Notes under the pieces: generated by a model
What the model was told of the DNA's origin: nothing
Databases searched by the model: none
What the model saw: only the letters and a program-made list of their open reading frames with translations
Shown here: one piece after another, positions 54,003-64,000 of the stretch
Layout of the letters: every line of letters starts with the position of its first letter
How positions within the stretch are numbered: position 1 is the first letter of the stretch
Program-made: the position numbers and the translations under genes
Source of the DNA: Octopus vulgaris
Taxonomy: Eukaryota
NCBI GenBank assembly: GCA_951406725.2
Contig: OX597828.1
Location: 9,052,001 to 9,116,000, forward strand
Length of the DNA stretch: 64,000 nucleotides
Direction: 5' to 3'

Positions 54003-54295
54003 AGGCGCAATGACACAGTGGTTAGGGCAGCGGACACGCGGTCGGAGGTTCACGGTGGTTTCGATTCTCAGACCGGGCTTTGTGAGTGTTTATTGAGCGA
54101 AAACACCTAAAAAGCTCCACGAGGATCCGGCAGGGGGGGGGGGATCCCTGCTGTACGCTTTCACCACAACTTTCTCTCACTCTTTCTTCTGTTGGCGGGG
54201 TGGCGTCATTTAAACGCTAAAGCAATCCGAAGCGCAATGTGACCAGCGATGTGTAATAACATCTGATGGTCTGGTCGGTCACGTGATCACGTGAT
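54001..54295 (+). mobile_element. tRNA-derived SINE, family C, full length
   Basis: Head GGAGGCGCAATGACACAGTGGTTAGGGCAGCGGAC, B-box GGTTTCGATTC, tail CACGTGATCACGTGAT; inserted in (TA)n. Confidence 0.88.
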
Positions 54296-54417
54296 ATATA
54301 TATATTATTTATATATATATAATTATTTATATATATGTGTACATGCATATATATATATATGTTTGTATGTATATATGTTAACACACACACGCACTCGAAG
54401 AACGCACATACATGAAA

Positions 54418-54657
54418 CCGGTCGGAGGATCATGGTTTCGTTGTGCGTGTTTATTGAGCGAAAACACCTAAAAGCTCTACGATGCTCAGGCAGGATGTGG
54501 TGGCGACCTCTCTTCTACTCTTTCCCCACAACTTTCTCTCACTCTCTCTTCCTGTTCCTTGAGCTGCGATGAACTGGTGTCCCGTCCAGCTGGGGGGAAC
54601 ACATACGCCAGAGAAACCGGGAAACCGGGCCCAGGAGGTTAGCTAGGCTTGAAAAGG
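54418..54657 (+). mobile_element. SINE family C, 5'-truncated, alternative 3' end
   Basis: Shares GTGTTTATTGAGCGAAAACACCTAAAAGCTC and CACAACTTTCTCTCACTCT with 54001-54295; its 3' part matches 14970-15060 on the minus strand. Confidence 0.82.
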
Positions 54658-54838
54658 TAGACGTTTAACGTTTTTATATATACATATATATTTACATACA
54701 TATATATATATATTTCCATATATGTATATACATATATACGTACATATATATATATATATATACATATATCTATACATATATATATATATATATATATACA
54801 TGTATTTATATGTATATATATGCATATATATGTAGTAT

Positions 54839-54961
<123 letters not shown>

Positions 54962-55422
54962 GTACATACGACTAATCCACGAGGCAATTATTCGATAATG
55001 ATATTTCTAAATAATAGTTTCCATACAAATATGTTTACAAAATCTCTTCAATTTCCGCAGACGTCAAATAAGAAAATATCTACGTCTATTTATCATTTTT
55101 GCAATGTCAAGATAAAATGACAACACCAAGTTTGTATACGTTTCTTTTTATTCTTTTCTACATCACACACTAACCCACTCTTTTTCACCTTTCCCTCTCT
55201 TTCTATTTATATATCTTTCACTCCTTACCACCACCTCTCTCATGCAAATCTAACAATGTATACGACACAAATGTCATACATCAACAAAAATTACGAGACA
55301 CCACACCGTTTGTTATACGAAATATTCCTATCACTGCTGTATACGATGTAGGTGTCTGGCTTATCGTTTATCGAACAATAATGTATCATGAAGAAAAAAA
55401 CGAAACCCAAGAAAAAATAGCA

Positions 55423-55482
<60 letters not shown>

Positions 55483-56033
55483 TTTTTTATAATAATGATG
55501 CTGATAATAATATTAATAATGTAAGACAATTTGACGCAGATGACTAAGAAAATGTTCAACAAAAAAGAAACGTATGTTTTTGTGCATGAGAGAGAGAGGG
55601 GGAAAGAGAGAGAGAGAGAGAGAGGGACAGACAGACAGACATACAGACACAGAAATACAAAAAAGGAAAGAACGTGTGGCAAAGAGACAGAGATCAATGT
55701 AATAGATGCGTAAATATGATTTCATGTAAAACAAAACAAGTAAAAACAAAAAAACTGTAACAAGCTGATATCAAAATGTAATCTTTCATTTAAATAAACT
55801 ACGATTATATAGGTACATCATAGTTGTTTAAACAAAGGAAAAACACGAAAAAATGAATATCAAATTTCTCCGAGTGAATGAAGCTGAAAATCAGAGTGAC
55901 AGAATATAAATACGTTTAAAAGAATAAAGGAAAAGAAGTTAAAAAGTGGTTTGAGTGTGTTGGTGTGTAAGCATGAATGTACGGATATGCACACACATAT
56001 ATATATGTGTGTGTGTGTGTGTGTATACATTGT

Positions 56034-56189
<156 letters not shown>

Positions 56190-56515
56190 TATATGTATAT
56201 ATATATAAGCATGACATTTTTATAAAGACGTGAAGTTTCTTCGAAGTTTTGCCAAGTAGCTGTACTTGGCAAATCTCTGAATTAACTGTCACCTCTACAA
56301 ATATATAATATATATTAAATACTTAATTCCAATTCTCGTATTGAGATTATTATAGTGTTAATATTTGAAATATCCTACATAGAAAATTCGTCCGGGTTAT
56401 TTGTAAATGTTAAAATGGGCGCGTGTTACGTTAGAAAATGTGTCTTATATTTTACAAAACAGTAATTAAGTCGAAAAAGTTGGGGTTTTTTTGTGTAATT
56501 CTCACGCATAGATCC

Positions 56516-57240
56516 CTAGAAATATGTCAATTGGTCCAAATTGACCAGGTCCCTACAGATGGTAAGTTTCTTAACAAAACTCACACTGATGAAATGCGTG
56601 AGGTGGTAGATGTTATGGATAGATATGTCTGGGAGAGCACATGATCGCACGTCACCGAGCATTCTACCAGCGGCAAGTACCAACCTCTTTACTATCTCTC
56701 TTGCGAAAACCTTGCAATATTCGATGCGGATTGATACGGGCTTAAGATCATTTATGCAGTCACCCTTACCTGAGTCGTTTCTCACCCATGGCTCGCAGCA
56801 ATAGGAATTATCCCATTCTACTATCAGTTGCGATAAATAACCGACAAACTATCACCGAAGAAGTTTGAGCATCCAGCCACAAGGATTTCTCTTTTGTGAA
56901 GTCAGTCATCGCGTCCTCTATGTCTTCGGCTGTTATCGGCATTTCGAAGAATCACACATCCCTGGACGAAAGGTGCAGCATGCCACTGATGCAGGGCTAG
57001 AAAGTCCACTAGGGTCTCCGAAGCACCACGCGCTTCGTACATTTTGGCAAAGTGCTGCTGAAATTCTGCACTCATCTGCTTGAATGTGAGTGGCATAAGC
57101 CTCTCCCGGTCCTGCTTTGTTCCCATGTTACACTTCCGATATCTGGGCCTATCGAACAATTTTCAGTCCCTCGTGTCTCAGAGCATACCCACACTTTTCA
57201 TTGACGATCTGATCAACACCCAATATTGAAGCAATCCATT
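56516..57240 (-). pseudogene. Decayed RTE-like LINE fragment (start of RT domain)
   Basis: ORF 56516-56785 GKGDCINDLKPVSIRIEYCKVFAREIVKRL resembles the KGD...NYRxISLL...GKVFAR...RL motif; the upstream part is only weakly similar. Confidence 0.5.
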
Positions 57241-59506
57241 CTGTTGTTATGCCTTCTTAACTAGTTTTCTCTATTGTAGATTATCTAACGCCAGATCATT
57301 ACAGCATAGAATAGTGTAGAAATGACTACAGCCTTGTAGATCTTTTTCGATAGTATGATGCCTTTCTGCTGGAAGCATTTCATTTTTCAGTCTCTGAAAT
57401 GTATGAATGGCTTTGTGGCATCTGAATAAAATTTCACTGCCTAATCATTCATAGGCTGAGATTGTACTGCCAAGTTACCTGAGATTATCCATGCATTGAA
57501 GTTGGAGACCTTTAATTGTGATGTTTGGCTGGGATGAATTATTTTCAGAGCTGCTTGGGCTAGGACTGCTTTCGAAAGGGCTGATGATTAGTTCAAAGAG
57601 CTCAGATCCTTTTTCAATTTGATCAAAATGAGTGCTTGTATAATTGTGTAAATGTGTGTTTGCATATGTACAGGAGCGCACATATTGCACACATATATAT
57701 GTACATATATACAAATAGATATGTACAATTAGATTCAAATGTACACATATTCCCGCTTGTTACAGCACAAGCATTTTGTATATAGATTTATATAAATATA
57801 CGTTTAGACATATAATAAACATATATGATGTGCATCTCTACGTTTATTAATCTCTCTCACTCTGAAATTGCGAGGATATTCTGGTCCTTGACTGAAGATT
57901 GAAAACTTCGAATGACCCGTCCTTGTTTTCTTTGTATCGTCAATCTGGATGTTTTGTTGTCCCCTTTTGTATCATCACCTAGTTGCCCTCATGTTTTGTA
58001 TTCTTGTCCCATTTTGTATTGTACATATATATATATACGCACACACTTATATATGTGTGTGTTTCTGTGTGTGTATATACTTATACATTTATGTATATGA
58101 ATATCTGTATATATGCGTCTCTCTCTATATGCCTTGTATTTATGTTAAGTTGTCTATTAATCCATGTATGAGCGTATATCAACATGCATTTCTGTTGATA
58201 ACTATGTATATATTTGTAATATTTTAGATTGTGAATTTGATTAAGTATGTGTACATTTACTAATACATATTTATTATTGTAAATTATGTAGTAATTTATA
58301 ATTATTTAAGTCTTCAATTATCACGAGTTTCTGAAATCATGATATGAATTGAAAATATAATAATGATAAAATCAATTGTTATAATTATGATTAAAATTAG
58401 TGTTTTGAATATTTTCGGAAATTTGATCTGTACTAAGTTAGCTTTTGAAGTTAGTTACAGAAATTATCATAAAATTAAATATTACAAAGAAAAGAATGTT
58501 AATTGAATTTTAAAATATATATAATAAGTTGAAAATGAAAATGTTTAATGAAAAATGTCCTTGAAATACTTTTCAAATATCCAAGAAAATACCTATAAAC
58601 AAAATATAGGGATAAGGTATTTGCATAAATATGTGTAATCATGTGTGTGTGTTGTCTGTGTCTGTGTGCACTCGCGTGAAAGTTTGATTGTGTTGTGTAA
58701 GTATTCGTGTATGTTGGCTAATGTGTATTGTCTAATGTGTATGTCTTTGTGTATGTAGATATATAAATATTTATCCTGACTGCTATCTGGAAGGAAAAGA
58801 ATACGCCCAGCGAAGGAGTTTCTTACATATACAGTTTATTTGCAGACAAGAATCAACGCTTAATAATACTAATGCAATATCTGTGAAAAACAAATCTTTA
58901 GACATTATTGCATTGGAATGAGTTAAAAGTTGGTATATATAAATTGAAGAAGTATTTCTGAAACGTGATTAGGTTTACTGTGGTATCGTACTTAGGTATA
59001 TATTTTTAATCTTGCCATGTGATGATGGGTTATATTACGACAGAAATCGGAATTTGAACTTAAATTTCATTGGTTTGAATGTTAGGTATCAAAAATATCC
59101 ATATGTAATACTCAGTCAAATGTGATTCAACGATGATTACAGATAAAGGAAAATATGTCTATGGTATCATTTAAGTAGCGTTCAAATACGACTCATATTG
59201 CAAAATGTCGTCTTACATACAAGTATACATCTTTCGTTATGTAAACTCTCAAAACTTTTCTGAGGAAAACTATAAGCTGGTGTCTAGAATATGCAAAATT
59301 TATAAACACAAAAATCCTATTCAAAATAGCAATAAACATACAAAAGCTAGTTGTGGTGTTTTCCTTTAATCAAATATTAGCACCTGCGAAGCGTGAAGGA
59401 TATGGTATAAACTGTAAGAATAAATATATGTACGTGTGTGCATGTGTATGTGCGTGAGTGTGCCTGTGTTTGTGCATAATATGTATGTATGTATATGTTT
59501 TGACTT

Positions 59507-59561
<55 letters not shown>

Positions 59562-59566
59562 CATAT

Positions 59567-59733
59567 GTACGACTGGCTTCTTTTAGTTTCCGTCTACCAT
59601 ATCCACTCGCAAAGCTCTGGTCGGATCGAGGCTACAGTAGATGACACTTATCGAAGGTTCCACGTAGTGGGACTGAACACGGAACCATGTGGTTCGTAAG
59701 CAACCTAATTACCACGCAACCATTCCTAAGCCT
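59567..59733 (-). mobile_element. SINE family A, 5' half
   Basis: GGCTTCTTTTAGTTTCCGTCTACCATATCCACTC...GTGGGACTGAACACGGAACCATGTGGTT. Confidence 0.85.
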
Positions 59734-60060
59734 ATAATTTTATATATTTATATATTTATATATGGTCAATAAATATAATGTACATATGATACTTTTTTAA
59801 ATAAGTTAATTTGAAATGCTGTAACTGAGGAATAAATTATAATTGATATATTTCATAGTTTACCGTACGCAGTACTGAAAAGTACATAGTAAAGAGTTTC
59901 AAGATATCATTATTTTCAAGGCATCACTTATTTTGGCTTCATTATTACACATTATACTACTCGATGCCCGTACAAATTAGCGGGTGAAAATTCCACTTCA
60001 GCGGATTAGCTAACAAAGATATGGAGCAGTTTGATCCAGGTTGACAATTCTTGTACTATA

Positions 60061-60147
<87 letters not shown>

Positions 60148-60261
60148 ACTTATAAGTTGTTTATAATTTTAATCTTAAAGTTATTTTAATATGCTGCCGC
60201 ATTATTTGATGGAATTTTTTTCTGTAGAAAAGAAACTTCATCCTATATTAGTGGTATATAA

Positions 60262-60304
<43 letters not shown>

Positions 60305-60607
60305 GCATGTTAGGCAAATTAAGTTCAATAAATCAAGACTTCATTCTTGTGTAATCCTTCAAGAATATGAACATATATATGTATATTTGCTGGAAAAGTC
60401 GATGAAAACTAAAAACCTTCCAAAAATCGTAATGTATTTGAAAAGTTCTTAAAGTTACATATCCTGAATAATACAGCATTTTCTTCTTTATATACATTTT
60501 ACTTACCATACCTTAATTTATTCACTTTCGATTTCACCTTAAATACATTTATTCATGAAAATGTTTCAATAATATAGTACGCCAATTCTGCACAACAGAC
60601 ACACACA

Positions 60608-60652
<45 letters not shown>

Positions 60653-60837
60653 AGTATTATACCCACATACATATATATATACATATGTATATATACGAAT
60701 ATATATGAACACACACTACACATGTATTCATGCATACACATAACTGCTTTTTTATAAAATGTTCATATACATATGAGAGCGCTTGTTTAGTAATGCGTAT
60801 CTGTCTGCCAGACGGCCTTTTCATCAATGTCTCTAAC

Positions 60838-60856
60838 TATATCTATCTATCCATCC

Positions 60857-60948
<92 letters not shown>

Positions 60949-60969
60949 CTCTCTCTCTACACACACAAC

Positions 60970-61066
<97 letters not shown>
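60838..61066. repeat. Compound (ATCT)n-(CT)n-(CA)n-(TA)n microsatellite
   Basis: Direct reading. Confidence 0.95.
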
Positions 61067-61068
<2 letters not shown>

Positions 61069-61332
61069 CGTACACACACATTTGATCTCAAAAATGCGGG
61101 CACTCATGTGTGAATATATCTTGAATTCAATATCACACTGAATTGCATCGGCCACGGATACATGTATACGTTGATGAAATTTTATTAATCTAAAATTATT
61201 TATTCACGTAGGTGTATAAATAACAATTAAGTCGATAATTAATCCCTGTATGCGTACATATAGAACCACGCAGATATTTACATATACATAGACATTACAC
61301 ATGCGCAATACGTGCATACACTTTTGTTCGTG

Positions 61333-61363
<31 letters not shown>

Positions 61364-61382
61364 GTGGGGGGGGTGTATTTAT

Positions 61383-61426
<44 letters not shown>

Positions 61427-62650
61427 GTATATGTACATATATCTATGTATGTGTCTCCATGTCTGCATATATGTGTGTTTGTGTATCCTTACTTGTAACA
61501 GATGATGCATCTATTGTGCATGTAAGACAATTCTTAATTGCTTTAGCATGCTCGTACACGTTGTTTTATAGAAGTACTTTTATATACAAGTGAATATTTA
61601 CGTATAGATTGAACATACTCGTATACAAGTTTATATGAAAACATAACACTTTTCTGAATACAAACAAACACATAATACTTACAAATATATATTTGCGTAC
61701 GCTTTTGTGGTTTTGTGTATCTACATAATTGTATGCGACTGAGATTGAGAAAGTTTGTGTAGATATTCGCGTCTATAAATGAATATTAATATATATGTAA
61801 ACATATGATGAAGCCAAAGTTACCTGAACTAATCGATTGCTGTCTAAATCGATCGATTCATGCAATTTCAATATTTGGCAAACCAAATTAAATACACATA
61901 CATCGATTAACATTAAACAAGCAGTGCGGCCTACGTACGAGTTTATATGAATGCCCTGAGAATTACCTTTGCATATATTTACGCAAAATTCATCGAGCAT
62001 TCTTCATTGTAAGATGAAATGCAAATTGTTCACACATAGACGAACATATACATAATTTCACATATATTTATATAGGGTCAATAAAAGACATTTATATTTA
62101 TAGAATACAAGGAAAGCACTCTTTAGCACAATAGAGGTCACATATTCACATATGTATCTCCTTGAGGTATATAAATATATATATATGTATATTCATAAAA
62201 GCAAACAAAATATGCAGACACAATACTAACGATCACGCACAAGAATAAATGAAAAGAAAAGTAACATTACTTATAACTTCGAAATAAGTTTTCGTTCTGA
62301 TACCCAACAATCTTCAGAACATTTGTCGACATTATTACATTTATATATTTGTGTGAATGCAAGTACTTTTTATATGTGTGAGTGTATGAGCGTGTGTGTG
62401 TATGTGTGTATATGAATGTATGCATGGGATGATATCTCATATGAAAAGCTTTAGTCATCATACCAAAATATAGTAGATGGTGTATTATAAAGGCACACGA
62501 ATCTACGAACATAATCACAAAAACACACAGATGATTCTGTGAATACAATGCTATACATTTGTCATACATATGCAAGCGAAAGAGTAACGATACACCTCTC
62601 ACCCACGTTGAATATACTTACATATTAACATGCATATGCACACGTATGCA

Positions 62651-62726
<76 letters not shown>

Positions 62727-62739
62727 TTGATAGATAGAG

Positions 62740-62778
<39 letters not shown>

Positions 62779-62897
62779 CAGACATATCGATAGATAGATA
62801 GATAGAAGTATATATATATATATATATTTATGTTTACATATACATAAATTTATATATACACAACACATGTACATATATAAGCATATATATATGTATA

Positions 62898-62951
<54 letters not shown>

Positions 62952-63038
62952 CAGACATGCATGCATACATACATATGTATTTGTATATATACATATTTAT
63001 GTATAATTATATATATATATATATACATATACATATAC

Positions 63039-63093
<55 letters not shown>

Positions 63094-63697
63094 CCCACAC
63101 ACACGCGCACATACATACGCACGTACACATGCACAAACGCTTATTTGATATTTTAGACATAGCATTATGATGCTCGATATTGTAATTTTCACATTTCCCC
63201 TGGCAGCCCGAAGAATAATACTGACGTCTAAAATACAAGACTATTATGTTTTGTTTTGTTTTTTTTTGTTTTTTATTTCTATTTTGATCTGCAATACATG
63301 GAGTAACATCGATTTTAAAGGTTAACACAGAGAAATGTTGTTTTAAGTGTTTCGATCAGATAGTGGCTTGTAAACATAAATTGCTTTACGTGACAACTTA
63401 GAATTCGGGCCAGCATGTTATGGATCGTCCCTTTCTTAAACTTTCGATGGAACGAATGTACTACACATAAATTACTGGCATGCAATCTTAGATATTACAA
63501 AAATAGCTTTCTGTAATTGGTATTTCCCAATTAATATCCACACAGGGTAAGTTTGTTTATGAGACTCGGTTTGTTACACGACCATGTCCGCCCGTTGGAG
63601 GTTAAAGGAAACAATAACATGATTTATATAATTGATGGTTCCCTATTTAGATTTACGATTTATTAACATACGTACAGATATGTACATATATTACACA

Positions 63698-63899
63698 AGC
63701 GCAGGAGTGGCTGTGTGGTAAGTAGCTTGCTTACAAACCACGTGGTTCCGGGTTCAGACCCACTGTGTGGCACCTTGGGCAGGTGTCTTGTACTATAGCT
63801 TCTGGCTGACCAAAGCCTTGTGAGTGGATTTGGTAGACGGAAACTGAAAGAAGTCTGTTGTATATATGTATATGTATATATATACATGTATGTGTGTGT

Positions 63900-63948
<49 letters not shown>

Positions 63949-64000
63949 TGCGTTTTTGTATATCTGTGTTTGTCCCCCCAACTGATGCTAGTGTGTTTAC
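63698..64000 (+). mobile_element. SINE family A with intact head, running off the window end
   Basis: GCGCAGGAGTGGCTGTGTGGTAAGTAGCTTGC...GGTTCCGGGTTCAGACCCAC...GGATTTGGTAGACGGAAACTGAAAGAAG. Confidence 0.92.

Noticed and set aside
57885-57925. CTGAAGA...CGAAT-GACCCGTC hammerhead-like trace
   Set aside because: Helix II does not pair and GAAA is altered; it may be a decayed PLE end but cannot be called.

Overview
An AT-rich, repeat-saturated animal genomic window with no convincing intact protein-coding gene; it looks intronic or intergenic. The SINE families and the extreme density of (TA)n, (CA)n, (AAT)n and (ATCT)n repeats suggest an octopus (coleoid cephalopod) genome, which is an inference from recognising repeat families. 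Almost all ORFs in the track are microsatellite read-through. Contents: three or four tRNA-derived SINE families, decayed non-LTR retrotransposons (R4/Dong-like RLE, CR1-like, RTE-like), a mariner relic, two MITE families and Penelope-like element (PLE) remnants. The main signal is a set of hammerhead ribozyme (HHR) motifs. At 52305-53432 a non-coding element with a ~480-bp unit carries three type I HHR copies in an inverted plus partial-tandem layout, one of them with a fully intact core (retrozyme or PLE pseudo-LTR-like). Other minimal or variant HHR motifs lie at ~2342, 25936, 32740, 39577 and 40419. There is also a locally templated two-segment insertion at 16936-17069 and several long fold-back repeats. 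Element boundaries were read by eye and are approximate unless exact motifs are quoted.
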